DNA from: the human T2T-CHM13v2.0 reference genome, Homo sapiens
Reading direction: 5' to 3' (one strand)
Assembly (NCBI RefSeq): GCF_009914755.1
Contig: NC_060928.1
DNA length: 64,000 nt
The notes under the pieces were generated by a model, which worked only from the letters and a program-made list of their open reading frames with translations, was not told the origin of the DNA and made no database searches. The translations under genes were made by a program, and so were the position numbers. Each line of letters starts with the position of its first letter. Position 1 is the first letter of the stretch. Shown here piece after piece: positions 39,291 through 53,387 of this stretch.

Positions 39291-39984
39291 GGCTCATGTT
39301 AGTAAATGTTCCTACCCCTGGCTCCTGCACACGTACACACACACAACACGGCTGTCAGAATTTCCACAACCAAAGACGCCCTTTGTTACTGAATTACTTT
39401 CTACACCTCATGTTTTGACAGATTCTGTCTACTAAGAAACTGAGAGCAATATGGTAACTAATTCATTTTTGCATTTTCATGCCTGAGAAGCTGGTATTAC
39501 CACAATGAGTTTATGTAATTCCAGTCAATATTAAAGCAATACAATTGATGTTTAGGTAGCCTGGGAGACCTTATAGGAAGTAAATGTACAGTAGTAATTA
39601 GAATTATTGAAATCTTAAAAATAGCAGATTACTTGCAGGAGTCGGCGGCCTTTTTGAGAAGCAATTTTGTAAAATTTGCCTTCTGAGGTCAAAATTTGGC
39701 TAGACCTTTCTTGGTAAATGCAGGAAATCATGATGAATAATCCATTGCACCAACCACTGCAAGTAGATGTACCCTTTGCACCTGCCCCTTCTTCACGTTC
39801 CCTTCCACTTCCTTTCTTCTCCAATGACATAGTATCACTGAAGAGGCTCTCCTCTGGAAGAAAACACTTTGAAGTCATTTAACTATGTTAAAAAAAAAAA
39901 AAAAAAGCTCAAGGAAGCAGTTTGTTTTCAGAGAGTGTATTTATCAGCAACTCTCCACTCTCAGTAGTTTAGAAAAATAAAAGT

Positions 39985-40370
39985 TTATTTCTTATTTACA
40001 CTGTAGTTTAAAGTGGATTGTTCACAGGCTGTTATGTGGCTCTGCTCCATGCTGTGATACAGAGAACCAGGCTCCTTCCGTCTGAGAATTCCTAGGGTCT
40101 TAGAGTCTTCCAGTGGAGCCTGTATATCCAGCCAGTGGATGAAAGAAGAATGATGATACATGGCTGAAACATGAATGATTATGCAGGCAGATTGTAGTGT
40201 CCCAGCCTGGCAGTGGTACACATTACTTCTGCCTACATTCCACTGGCCAGGACACATAGTAATGTGGTCACAACCATTTGCAAAGTTGCTGAAAAATGTA
40301 GTCAAAAAGTGTGGCAAGATGGAAGGGGAAACAAGGGCGGCTAGAACACACAGGCATCTTTGCTACAGAT
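39985..40370 (-). mobile_element. Old MaLR LTR (MLT1J-like)
   Basis: TTTATTTCTT...CAGAGAACCAGGCTCCTTCC...CATTACTTCTGCCTACATTCCACTGGCCAG. Confidence 0.6.
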
Positions 40371-40597
40371 AGACTAACGTTCATTTAGAATCTTTTTCTC
40401 CTACACAGGTATGCAGGAGCATTTTGAATGCCAGAGTTTTTGAATCTCAGCAATTCAAGTTGGGAGGGTCAAGATCATGACTAATAGGGCTGAATTCTTA
40501 CTAAAGAACAGCTTGTTTTACAGTTAACAAATAAAGTTTTGTGCAAGATTTTTTTTTTCCTTTTTACCTAGAGGTCCCTGAATTTACAGTTTCTTCA

Positions 40598-41252
<655 letters not shown>

Positions 41253-41944
41253 CTTAGCAGTCCCAGGACTTCTAGAAAGAGCACACCTGTAGACAAAACT
41301 ATAATGCAAGTAACTTATGTTTGCTTGGGGAGTAGACAGAGGTTGGTGACACTCGTGAATAAAAAGGTTTGTTGTGCTGTTCTGAGGCAGTACCTTCAGA
41401 AGGTGGCAGGACGTCAGAGGAACTACTGTGGCTGTGATGAGCGGCAGTTGAACATAGAACCTCAGAGCTTCACCCCTGGAGAAGGCTTGAGTCCCTAGAA
41501 TCAGTGGACTTGAAGAGACCATAGTAGACCTGGAGAGTGGGCATCTTGGCATTAACTGGTACAGACCAACACTGGGAGGTAGGGGAATAGAAACACAGGT
41601 ATTACAAAGAATTTTGGTTTTCATAAGACCCAAATTTTCTTGTATGGCCCTAAAATGAAGCAGAGGGGGCCCAAATACAGTAATGACAAATTAAATTACC
41701 AGCCAATCTTCCTGGATGGGACCATGAAGTCAGACTACTTTTTGTATACAGAAAAATCTAAAATACAATAATTCTTTCTTACCTGAGATGATGGCTGCAA
41801 ATTCATGCCTTAGAGCCATTTGGGCCCTAGTGCAGGGCAGATGAGTGAAATGAGTTCTCAGAAACGTGAGAAAGATACAGAGGGGTGCTGGGTTGCAATG
41901 GAAGGTCTTAGGGGAGGGGTGGAAAGTGAGTTCAAGGAGGGCTA

Positions 41945-42458
41945 CAGTTACGAAAATGTGTTCTGTGGACTCCTAGAGGTCCTCAAGACCCACTTGGGTG
42001 TACACCAGGTCAAAACTTTTTATAATGATGCTACGATATGATTTGCCTTTTCCACTCTTGTCTGTATTCTTCTGTGAGTGTACAGTGGAGTTTTCTAGAG
42101 ACAACAAATTGAATAAGACGCAGATAGGAACATTAGCTGTCTTCTATTAAACCAGGCATGCAAAGAGATTTGTAAAAATCTTAAACAGTGACACTCTTCT
42201 CACTAAATATTTTTGTTTGTTTGTTTGGGGTTATATGGTTATTTTTCATAAAATAAGTAACTTCTGTTAACATGCTCTTCATTGCTGTTTGAAGTCAACG
42301 ATAAATGTTTTTTTAAAATCTCAGTTTTAATTTCTAATACAGCAAATATATTTAATATAAAATATAACCCACATGAAAGAAAAAAAGTTCTTTAGGAACC
42401 ACAATTATTTTTAAGAGTGTAAAGAGATCCTGACACCAAAAAGCTTGAGAATGTTGGA
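41945..42458. mobile_element. hAT-Charlie element (Charlie1-family-like)
   Basis: GAGTGTACAGTGGAGTTTTCTAGAG...TCTCAGTTTTAATTTCTAATAC...TTTTAAGAGTGTAAAGAGATCCTGACACCAAAAAGCTTGAGAA. Confidence 0.7.
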
Positions 42459-42686
42459 TTAGAACAACAACCCAATCAATGTTGAGAGAAATTAATTCTG
42501 CCACTTGTGGACTAATAACTTCAGAGTATGTGAAGCACTGAGAAGATAGATTGTTTCTTCTGGAGAAGTATCTTTAGAAGAGCAGTAGTAATTAGCCAGG
42601 GGCGACTGGTGTAGACAGCCATTAGTGAAATAACTGAATTTTAATACCACTTTATACTGCAACTTGCAAACCTAAAAAAATTGCAA

Positions 42687-42704
42687 TACTGCCATCTAGC
42701 GTTC
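42687..42704 (-). promoter_or_regulatory. Candidate CTCF-binding motif
   Basis: The minus strand reads ACGCTAGATGGCAG against the core CCRSYAGRKGGCRS (13/14). Motif match only. Confidence 0.4.
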
Positions 42705-43049
42705 TATCGTGAAAACATTTCGATATTTATTTTTTCTCTCAATTTACAATTGCTTCAGAACTGAATGACAACATAAGCCAAATTTAATAGTTTGCCATGC
42801 ATTTGTTAGGTTATTTCACCAAACATGTACCTTTAAATATCTTCAGTGTCTTTTCCAATTTCTTTCTGTATATAATCTCTTCTTAGAGTTAGGATAACTG
42901 GAGAAGGTAGGATTTCAACCTACTTATACCTTGTTTCAAACTTTATGTTCCTGTCATTACACAATGTAGAATGATTTAATGGCAATGTAGAGAAACCGAG
43001 TAAGTAACTTTCCTCACTTCGGTTATACATACCTCCTCTCTTTCCATAG

Positions 43050-43320
<271 letters not shown>

Positions 43321-43330
43321 TCCATAGTCA

Positions 43331-43460
43331 TTTTTTTTTAAATAAACTTTTTATTTTGGATCAATTTTAGATTTACACAGAAGCTTCAAAGATAGTACAG
43401 GGAGTTCCCATGGCCCCTCATCCAGTTTCCCCTACTGTTAACATGTACATTTCTGTGGAA
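43331..43460 (-). mobile_element. L1MC-type 3' end fragment
   Basis: AATTTTAGATTTACACAGAAGCTTCAAAGATAGTACAGGGAGTTCCCAT. Confidence 0.7.
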
Positions 43461-43489
43461 ACCCATACCCACTGGGTTCCTGGCACAAT

Positions 43490-44475
43490 GGACAGAAGTT
43501 CCACACCAATGAACATGACTGAAATTTCAGAAACAGAAACTTGGGGGTCAGAGAGGGTGGGCTGGGGAAATAAAAAAGTTTACATATAAAAGAACAGGAC
43601 TTGTATTCTCATCAAACTTGTCAGTAGCCACACCAGAAGCTAGAAAATCAGGAACCAATGCCTTCAAAATTCTGAGTGAAAATTATTTTCATCATAAAAT
43701 CCTGTACAAAACTGCATATTAAGAGCAATGTTAGACTAAAGACAATTCCAGAGCAACTACAGAGTTTTGAAATATTTATGTCCCATGCCCCCTTTATCAG
43801 ACAGTTATTTGAGGATGTGCTTCTCTAAAGCGGGAAAAGAAACAGAAAGACCAGGGGAGAGGTGAAGGAGCCTCTCTGAATGATGTGAAGGAGATCGTGG
43901 GTCAAAGCTCTGTGGTGTCCTAAAAAATAAACAGTGCAGAATGGAGCAGGAAGACAGAGTTGTTTGAACAACTCAGAGATGTATTCTTCTGTCAGAGTGT
44001 TTGGGGATGAATTAGTAATAGGTGTAAAGAAGATGAAATAAACATAAAGATCAGGCAGTGGATTAACCCTAGAGAAAATTAAAAGTTGCATGGAAGCATG
44101 GTATGTATACTATATGGCTCAGCTTTGAGCCATACAGACTCATAGAAATATAAATATTGAATTCATTTAAATGAAAAGGTAATTTTATCATGTTGGCCAG
44201 ATGGGAGAAGGTGGAAGAGAAGGAGGGAGGAGGAACAGAGAGAGAGAGTGCTAGATCCTCTGCCCTATACCCAGAAGTCAATAATTATCTAAAATTGAAA
44301 AAAATAAGCAGCAACACCCTATTATTTACACAATATGGGATTAAATATCAGAAGAAATGGTTAAAAGTGGTTACCTCTACAGAGTACGGATCAGGAATTG
44401 GGATGAATGAACTAAGGGAAAATTCTAGTAGGATGATAATGACTTTTTAAAACAATGTTCATGTTACTTTAAAAG
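43490..44475 (+). mobile_element. HAL1 / ancient L1 ORF1-derived element
   Basis: ORF1 C-terminal-like GAAGCTAGAA...AATGCCTTCAAAATTCTGAG...TTGAGGATGTGCT, then a 3' region with AAAAGTGGTTACCTCT; no ORF2 recognised. Confidence 0.55.
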
Positions 44476-45364
44476 GCAAAACATCAGGTAAATGGGTGCC
44501 CTGCCAAATCAGGGACTTAGCACCCAGGGTTATCAACTCTGTTAAGAATCAGGGAGTGCTGGGGGAAGAAAGTATAAATGATGGCCTTGTACAAAGTATC
44601 TTGGATTCTTATCAAGGCTGTGGCAGTCAAGTGTCCTTTGCCCCTGCTTCCTTGTTGTTTGCATAAATATTTGTATTCTGAGGCTTCATTCTAGGGTGAG
44701 AGCTCATTTTCTGTTTGCACAATTGCCTGGCTCCTCTGGCCAAAGGGTGCTCTGCTTCTGGCAGCTGAAGATCCCAGTAGACAGCTTCTTAAACCATGGC
44801 TTTCCCTGCAGGATTTGGATGGGCGGCAGCCACTGCAGCTTATCAAGTAGAAGGTAGGGGACACTCTCTCCCCTTCACTGGGGTGGGAGTGCTTTATTTC
44901 TGGTGTGTCCTGTGTACCTGAGGAAGATGGTGGGGTAAGGAGGCAAAAAGAAAAGCAAAGAATTGAACAGACCACAATGTTATCAATGAATTTGTTTCCC
45001 TTTTCAAACATGTCAGGGGTGGGGGCTCACATTCTCTTGTCTCTTTAGGCACAAGGAAGGGTGGAGGGATGAAGAGGTGAAAACCAAGCTGTGGCTGGAT
45101 TTTCAGTCAGTCCAAACTCAGCTGAGACATCAGTTTACATTGGACCAGCTGCTTTTATAATTGATTTTTAGAATCCATTTGCCCCAACTCCTCTACAAAG
45201 GAGAATCATTTTTTTCTATTGGCTGGAAGAATATTGGGTCGATTTTTTCAAAGAGCCCTTCATTAATTGGGAAAAGTTCCCTGTTCTATTCTTAGTGAGC
45301 GCCAAGCCAAGCCTAATCTTGTATGCCACCATATTTCCTGGGGCAGCTGAGAAGTAAATAGAAG

Positions 45365-45500
45365 CAAATGGTAAAGAGCACCCAGAGTGCCTGTGGAGCC
45401 CAAGTTCTGATCCTCATCCTACCACACACAAGTGTGTGAATTCTTTGTCCTCCTTGAGTCTCAGTTTCTTCATCTGTGAAATAGGAAGATGAGCTTTACT
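45365..45500 (+). mobile_element. MIR fragment
   Basis: TGAGTCTCAGTTTCTTCATCTGTGAAATAGG. Confidence 0.65.
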
Positions 45501-45636
45501 TTTCTAAAACACGTATGTCCCCCCTTCCCCTCCACAAAGGGAGTTAGAGATTGTTAATAGCTACCATGGAGAAAATATTTATTTGGTCAAATAAGTATAT
45601 GAAACCCTGGATTAAACAAAGCAAAGTGAGTTATTG

Positions 45637-45732
45637 TGGTAGCTTCCTAGGATTGCCATAATAAAATATCATAAACTGTGGGGCTTAAACAACATAAATT
45701 TATCCTCTTACGGTTCTAGAAGCCAGAATTGG
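45637..45732 (-). mobile_element. MLT1 LTR 3' end fragment
   Basis: TTCCTAGGATTGCCATAATAAAATATCATAAACT...GGCTTAAACAACATAAATTTATCCTCTTACGGTTCTAGAAGCCAGAA. Confidence 0.75.
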
Positions 45733-45739
45733 CCACTGG

Positions 45740-46122
45740 AGGATGTAATTAGCCAAGTTAAGATGAGATCATACTGGAGTAGGGCAGATATGCAATCCAA
45801 TATGACCGGTGTCCTAAAAAGAAGGAAATTTGGACACTGAGAAATTTGGAAATTTGAAAGAAGAAAAATTGGACAAAGAGACAAGGAGAACACCGTGTGT
45901 GAGAGAGAGATTGGAATGTTACAGTAAGCTAAGGAGCAATAGTCGCCACTAAAAATTAGAAAGAGGCAAGAGGGATTTTACCTAGAGACTTGGGGGTCCA
46001 TGAGCCTGCTGACACCTTGATTTTGGAACTCCAGCCTCTAGAACTGTGAGAGAATACATTTCTGTTGTTCAAGGCTTTCATTTTGTGGCACTTTGTTACA
46101 GCACCCCTAGAAAACTTATACA
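45740..46122 (+). mobile_element. MLT1B/C-like LTR lacking its 5' end
   Basis: GTTAAGATGAGATCATACTGGAGTAGGG...GACACCTTGATTTTGGAACTCCAGCCTCTAGAACTGTGAGAGAATA...AAACTTATACA. Confidence 0.8.
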
Positions 46123-46784
46123 CCGAGAAAAACAAGTCAATCAATCAATGAAATAATGACTGCTATGGTAAGTGCTATGGTGATAATAGGATGTTGTGGG
46201 AAAGGGTCACGTGAAAACCAGTTCTTCAGGATGGGTCATCAAGGAGGATCTTTGTGAACTAGCATCATTCCGTCTAAACTTAAGGTATGAGGAGGAGACT
46301 GCCATTTGAATATGGGGAGATCTTTCTAGACAAAGAAACAGGACAAGTTGATCCTGGTACAACCCATGCTGCCTGTGATTCCTAGCTTCAATTGCTATTT
46401 CCCCATCCTCTAGAATGGGAAGGAGGAATCTTTACTACACAGTTGTGATAACTGCCATGTAGAAGACATCTCCCACTGGGGGATTATGTATATTATTGCA
46501 CATATATGATCTGTGATACAAGGCTCTTTTAAAGGAACGTCTGACAGTGTCCTGGTTGGCTGAGATTCCATGCCACCTTTTTCGCTACATGGGATCTTCT
46601 TTCATCTTCTTCCAGATAATTTCCACTTTGTTGTAGAGGGTGACTGAATAGGCTGACCCTCTGGGAATAAAAACAAAAGCAATGATCTTTGTTAGTTTCC
46701 GTCTCAAAAGAGAGGTCGGAAAAATCCGAGAAAGCATGGTAGAGCACCAGAATGGTGTAAATAGAATCAGATTCTAGAAGCAAC

Positions 46785-47015
46785 ATAGCATTGGTGATTA
46801 TTAAGATGAGCTTTGGGGGAAGACTCTTTAGACTTGGATTCCATCTCTCCTTTTACTAGATTTGTGACTTTGTCCAAATGACTCATCTTCTCTGTGCCTC
46901 CTCACCTGTAAGATGGAGATTATTATGGTGTCTCCTGTGTAGCACAGCTATGAGGTTTAAATAAGATAATGTGTGTTAAGTACTTGGCATTTAGTGAGTG
47001 CTCGATGCATCATAT
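46785..47015 (+). mobile_element. MIR
   Basis: TACTAGATTTGTGACTTTG...CTCTGTGCCTCCTCACCTGTAAGATGG...TAGTGAGTGCTCGAT. Confidence 0.75.
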
Positions 47016-47484
47016 TCATATCTGGGAGGATCACAAAAGGATTACAAAGAATGATTCACTATGGAACTCTACAGTTAACTTGGCATAAATATGCAGTTAT
47101 ACAAGACAATAGAGTGGGTTTCAACTACTAACTTTGAGTTCCTGCCCACTTAGGACCTGGAGGTAACATTAACTGGCCCATTCTGAGCTCCTCTCTTCAC
47201 ATGATCTCAATACTGTTGCATCTCTTCTGTCTGCTTGGAGCCAGTTTGTCCTATGCTCTTCGGACTTAGGCTTGCTTCTGCCATATTTTGAGGTCTTTAT
47301 TTGTGGCCTCTAACCTGCTGTTAACTATCTATAGTTTACTAGGTAGGGTACTTGATCCATCATGCTCTGCCAAGAGCCATCAGCCTGCTATCTTTGTCAA
47401 CTCACAGCATAACTTTTGCATGCTTGCTTGCTTTCCACCCTAGGAGCTCTTCCTGATCCTTTTGTGCTGTGTGTGAATTTTAGC

Positions 47485-47690
47485 TCAAGCACTTACTAGC
47501 AGAGTGACTTTGGGCAAATAATATATTTAAGCCTCAGTTTTCTTATTTGTGAAATTTGAAACATAGTCATACTCTCTCTGTAGATTGGTTCTAGGGACTG
47601 AAGAGGTAAGCATATGTAACTGTGGTATAAGAGTGCCCCCATGTAGTGCTCACCAAATACTAATATTAATGCCAATACTATTATTATTTT
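47485..47690 (+). mobile_element. MIR
   Basis: CACTTACTAGCAGAGTGACTTTGGGCAAAT...GCCTCAGTTTTCTTATTTGTGAAAT. Confidence 0.75.
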
Positions 47691-49210
47691 TCTTTCTCCT
47701 GGCTGTATTCTCTTGCACTCTGAGAGAAGGAGAGTTACACTGTCTACTCCATTTAGTGGGAATGGTCATTTCTTGTTTGGACTGCTAGTTAGAATCTATT
47801 CCCTCCTTGCTCATGCTTGACTACTTCACCAGCAGTTGCCAGGAGAGTTACTGTTTAACCATTTCTCCCACCATCGACTGGATTACAGTGCAGGAAGTTC
47901 ACTCGTGGCTTTATCAAATCAGCATGGCTTGGATTTAAAGCCGAGAACAGCCTGTCTCTTTTTGATTTTGATAATCTTTGCAGTTTTGTGCTGCCCTGGC
48001 CTTGGAAGGTCTGTAGATGCATTGGAAGTCAGGAGACACTCAGCAGAGCTGAGGACTGAGCCTGAATTGTATTTGTAAAAAAATCTAACACTTTTAAAGA
48101 TTTGTTATAAAACATTACCACGTATCTCTTTCTACTGTCTCTCTTTCCACTGTATTTCAAAATACAGTTGTCTGTATTGGTATATTTGTTTTCAGATACT
48201 CTCTTGAAATCCCTGAAGAATAACTAGCATACTCTCCCTCACCCTCACTGCGAAAATGGAGATATTTTGTCTCCATATAGAAAATACTGTCAGGGTCTTT
48301 GCAGGTGGGCCCCACTGAGAGGGGCAGGGACTGGGCCTTATCACCAGGTCTCCTAACACATTGACTACTTGGTTGCGTATTTTGCCGGAATCACGGCCTT
48401 TCCTTTGTCCTGTCCTTGTTCAGATCCTTTCTTCCTCTCCTCTGGCTATTTCACTGTTTATGGTCTTATAGAAGAGTTTAATGTTATTACATAAGAGTTG
48501 ACTGCATGGTGCCTTGAGCCTTTTGGAAGAAAGCACAATACGAATCTAATAAATAAATAATAAATAAATGGTATAAGCAGGAGGAAAATTATGTGTTTTA
48601 GGTGAGTTGTAAAGAACCATGTAAAACCTAAAAAATGTATTTGTTAGACTAAGAGGCAGGGAAGAAAGTGCAAAAAATCATCGTACATACAGAAGTGAGT
48701 CTCCCGCAATGTTTTTAAGTAGAGAAAAATTCCCATGATTTTTAACCCCTTGTGAAGCTGACTCTGTCCTCTGTGTTTGGCTGGAGGGAACGTGAGGTGC
48801 AAAAACATCAGGTAGCTCCGTGGCATTTTGTTTACTTTGATGGTAGGCCACGGAAGAGATATGAAAATGACATTGAGGACCCAATTCTACAGTTCTTATG
48901 AGCTTCTAACTCCCGGTGATTTCAGGGAAGGCTCTTAAGGAGCGAACATGCTTTGCAAAATCCCACAAATCCTAAGCAAAGTCTAAACTACTCTGTTAAT
49001 GCTTCCTAGTGGGATCTGAGTTTGTGGTTTTTAAGGAGCCAAAGTTCTCAGTTTTAGGAATGCCATTGTGAATCCTTGATATTACTCTAATATAACAGTT
49101 GATTTTAAGTTTGACTTTGGTTTTATGTCGGCAGAAATTGGGGATTGCCTCAGACTTTGGCCATCTCTATTTGCCATACGTTAAAGGTGGATTCTTGTAG
49201 TTAAGACATT

Positions 49211-49243
49211 TGTGTGTGTGTGTGTGTGTGTGCATGTGTGTGT
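49211..49243. repeat. Interrupted (TG)n microsatellite
   Basis: Direct reading. Confidence 0.92.
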
Positions 49244-50476
49244 TCCCTTAAAAAATTGGAAAAAGAACATGGCAGCTGTATTTTTTGGTTATAAGTTGAG
49301 TTTATGGTGTTTCTATATAGGCTGTTTTTTCTTTGGTCCTTTTTTTAAAAAAACTCAACTGATTCACACAAACCTAAGCTGGAGACACACTTCATCTACT
49401 CGTTGTAAATGTCAGCACAAGCCCCATATTTCTCTAAGACCACTTCCTGATTGCTTTCTTCACTCAACGGATTTTAACTGTGTGTCTTGGTCTCTATTTT
49501 CTGCCAAATCCCATGGATTAAACATCGCAGTCTGAGACTTGATCTCTTGGCTGCTCTTGGTACTCTTCAAGAAGAGGAATATCCAGACAGATATGCTCCT
49601 TGTCTGGACCACCTAAGAAAGACGGAAGGGAAGCAGACTTAAAGCATGGTCATTTATTTCTTGGTATGTAAGGAAACAGGGAGCAGAGAAGTGGGCATTT
49701 ACCCATGAAATTTATCATAGCTTAAAAGTTGACATGACAGAAACCATTCTTATTTCTTTCCCCCAGTTTCAAATTTGAAATTCACAAAAATATCAAATAT
49801 TGCCCTCCTTTTTCATTGTACCATGAAATTAATGATGTAGGCATCATTGGAAGAGTACAGGCTTAGAGAGGGATGATATTCAAATATTAATCAACAAATA
49901 TACTCGCCATGCTCACCAATCAGATGCCAACTATAAATAGTAGGCATAGACTAGACTGACATTTGGATTGACCGGTCAGAGTGGACGTCAGCCATACACA
50001 ACTACCAAGGCCACATTTAGATGTATTGATTGAATTTCAACCTTGGGCTTAGGAGGGGGACACATCTAAAATATATTGGACTCTGTTTATAGACTACTAG
50101 ACAGTTTAATTATTTAACTTCTCTAAGTCTCCAATTTCTCACTTGCAAATTCCTAATGCTGATCTCTCTCTCTTTTTAAAAAATTTCATTGGATGAATGT
50201 TGGAGACCTTTTTCTTACATTTTGTGCTTCTTTGGATCTTGATTAATTTCTTCAACTTTTTATTCCAAATGACGATACTTTAACTGTGTTTGGACTTTAG
50301 CTGAATTCATTCTATTTTTCAACTCCTCTATTGAATATTTATTTTTGGCACTCATATTTCTAATTTTTAGGAATGAATTATTTAATTGCTTCTGTTTCAG
50401 GAGACATATTTTATTTTCTGGATGTTGTCACCTCTCAAATCTCTTTAATAATGCTAATTAAAAAAATTAAGTTCCT

Positions 50477-51155
50477 GATCCAGCAATCTCACATCTGGGT
50501 ATTTACCCCAAAGATTTGAAATCAGTTTGTAAAAGAGATGTCTGTATTTCCATATTCATTTCAGCACTATTCACAATATCTATATTGGAATCAATTTTAA
50601 GTGTCCATAAACAAATGAATGGATAAAGAGTATGTGGAATATATACACAATGGAAAACTATTCAGCCTTAAAAAAAAGGAAATTCTGTCCTTTGAGACAA
50701 TGTGGATGAGCCTGGAGGACATTATGCTAAGTGAAATAAGACAGGCACAGAAAGAAAATACTGCATGTTCTCACTTACATGTAGAATCTAAAACAATCAA
50801 ACTCATAGAAGCAGAGAAGAGAATAGTGGTTACATAGCTAGCGGGTGGGGGAATCTTGGGAGATAATGATCAGAGGGTAAAAAACCTCAGTCAGATAGGA
50901 GAAAAAAAATTTTTTTTGAGATCTATTGCATCTCAAAAAATTATTAACTATGTAGTTAATAATATAGTATGTTTCAAATTTGTTAAGAAAATAAATTTCA
51001 AATGATCCCACCATAAAAATGTTAAGTATTTGAGGTGATGAATATGTTAGCCAGCTTGATTTAATTTTTAAAATTCGTATTCATCAATAATAACATCACT
51101 TCATACTGTGTTAATATACATAATTATAAATGACCAATTTACAATGAAAACTTTT
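50477..51155 (+). mobile_element. L1MA 3' region, probably inserted in an older antisense HAL1/L1ME remnant
   Basis: GATCCAGCAATCTCACATCTGGGTATTTACCC...GGACATTATGCTAAGTGAAATAAG...GAGGTGATGAATATGTTAGCCAGCTTGATTTAA. Confidence 0.88.
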
Positions 51156-52246
51156 AAAATTAATTTCTCTTTTTTGTGTGTATCAAAGAATTTTGGTCCT
51201 TATGTTTCGGGTTACTTGTTTTTTGTCAAATGCCATATGATGTTTATGAATGAATGGTTATCTTGATTAATACCAGTAACTGATATAGGCTTCCTTTGAA
51301 GTTAGATAGTTCTATGAACTGAGTCAGGGTTGGCTCTATAAGAAAACAGAGTTCTATATAAGTTGGTGGGATCTATTGACAGTCAGTTGTCTCACAAAAG
51401 ATTATGCGTGTGAGTGGAAACAGCCAAAATTTAGACCTTGATAACTGCCATATAGCAAGGACTTTAAGGAGGAGTGTGCTTGATTTTAACTTTTGTGTTT
51501 CCTTTCTGCACGTCCTTTCAAGTTCATGTTTTTAGCTCTAGAGTTTGTTCTGCTTTTTTTCTATGGCCTCAGTACCCATGATAGGAGTCCTCCCCAGTCA
51601 CACGTCTCACTTTTATGAAGCATTTCTTAGGACTTCAACATGGGGTAAAGGCAGAACCAATGACCCTGTTTATGGAGAAGAAAAACCCATCAAACAAGCT
51701 ATAAGATAATCCTTTAATTACCATAATGATTGCTCTGAGGCCTGGACTTCTGTCTGAATTGGTTGGCCCAGAAAAGTACTTTAGTAAATGTTTTGTTCTA
51801 TTGGGACCTTTTTTGTTTGTTTGTTTTCAGCTCAGTTGTGGATTCCTTCTCTTATTTACTGTTATTTCAATGGGGTTGTGAGAAGAAAAGGAATTAAATA
51901 TGTTCACTGTATTCCCCACCTTGAATTGGAAATATTTAAAGACTTTAATATAATATTAACTTATGTAGAAGTCTTTATTAACATGCATTAATATTTGAAA
52001 GTGCCTCATAAATCATGAGGTTCTATGCAAAGTTAATGAATGAATTGCCCCCTTTTACCATTATCATCCTCCTTGTCATCACTAATATATCCAACTTCTA
52101 GAAGTTTTCTAGTCCTGTGCTTTTTAATGAAGAAGATGAGTGCTATAGACTAAATGTGTGTGTTCCCCTCAAATTCATAGGTTGAAACACTAATCCCCAT
52201 ATGTGATGGTATTTGGAGGTGGGGGCTTTGGGAGGTGATTAATCAG

Positions 52247-52606
52247 TGATATGGTTTGGTTGTGTCCCCACCCAAATCTTACCTTGAATTGGAGATCCCA
52301 TAATTCCCACATGTTGTGTGAGGGACCTGATAGGAGATAATTGAATCATGGGGGCAGTTTCCCCCATACTGTTCTCGTGGTAATGAGTAAGTCTCACAAG
52401 GTCTGGTGGTTTGATAAGGGGTTTCCCTTTTCACTTGGTTCTCATTCTCTCTTGCCTGCCACCATGTAAGATGTGCCTTTCACCTTTTGCCATGATTGTG
52501 AGGCTTCTGCAGCCATATAAAACTGAGTCCATTAAACTTCCTTTTCTTTATAAATTACCGAGTCTTGGGTATGTCTTTATCAGCAGCATGAAAGCAGACT
52601 AATACA
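52247..52606 (+). mobile_element. THE1 solo LTR
   Basis: TGATATGGTTTGG...GACTAATACA, 360 bp; TSD ATCAG/GTCAG. Confidence 0.92.
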
Positions 52607-52794
52607 GTCAGGAAGGCAGAGCCCTCACGAATGGGAATTCTGCCTCATATTAAATAAAAGAGATCCCAGCCATGTGGGAATGCAGAAAGAAGTCAGCCAT
52701 CTATCAACCAGGAAGGCATCTTCACCAGAACTTGACTGTAGTGGCACCTTGATCTTAGACTTCCAGCCTCTAGAACTGTGAGGAATAAATTTCT

Positions 52795-53387
52795 TTCCTT
52801 TTTTTCGTTTTTTTAAATTTTACTTTAACTTCTGGGATACATGTGATTAACGTGCAGGTTACATGTGCCAGGTATACATGTGCCATGGTGGTTTGCTGCA
52901 CCTATCAACTTGTCATCTAGGTTTTAAGCCCGCATGCATTAGGTATTTGTCCTAATGCTCTCCTTCCCCTTCCCCCACACCTTGTGACAGGCCCCAGTGT
53001 GTGATATTCCCCTCTCTGAAGACAGCATGGTGATTCCTCAAGGATCTAGAACCAGAAATACCATTTAACCCAGCAATCTCATTATTGGGTATATACTCAA
53101 AGGATTATAAATCATTCTACTGTAAAGACACATGCACATGTATGTTTATTGCAGCACTATTTACAAAAGCAAAGACTTGGAACCAATCCAAATGCCCATG
53201 AATGATAGACTGGATAAAGAAAATGTGGCACATACACACCATGGAATACTATGCAGCCATAAAAAAGGATGAGTTCATGTCCTTTTCAGGGACATGGATG
53301 AAGCTGGAAACCATCATCTTCAGCAAACTAACAGAGGAACAGAAAACCAAACACCACATGTTCTCACTCATAAGTTCGAGTTGAACC
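52795..53387 (-). mobile_element. L1PA (about PA7/8) 5'-truncated insertion with a 5' inversion
   Basis: 52795-53018 is the antisense 3' end; 53018-53387 is the sense-strand upstream segment; degenerate TSD ATTTCT(T/G)T(C/T)CTTT. Confidence 0.9.

Noticed and set aside
53202-53384. ORF resembling the L1 ORF2 C-terminus (also 50619-50837, 8676-8918, 247-768)
   Set aside because: Remnants of truncated, dead L1 copies rather than genes.
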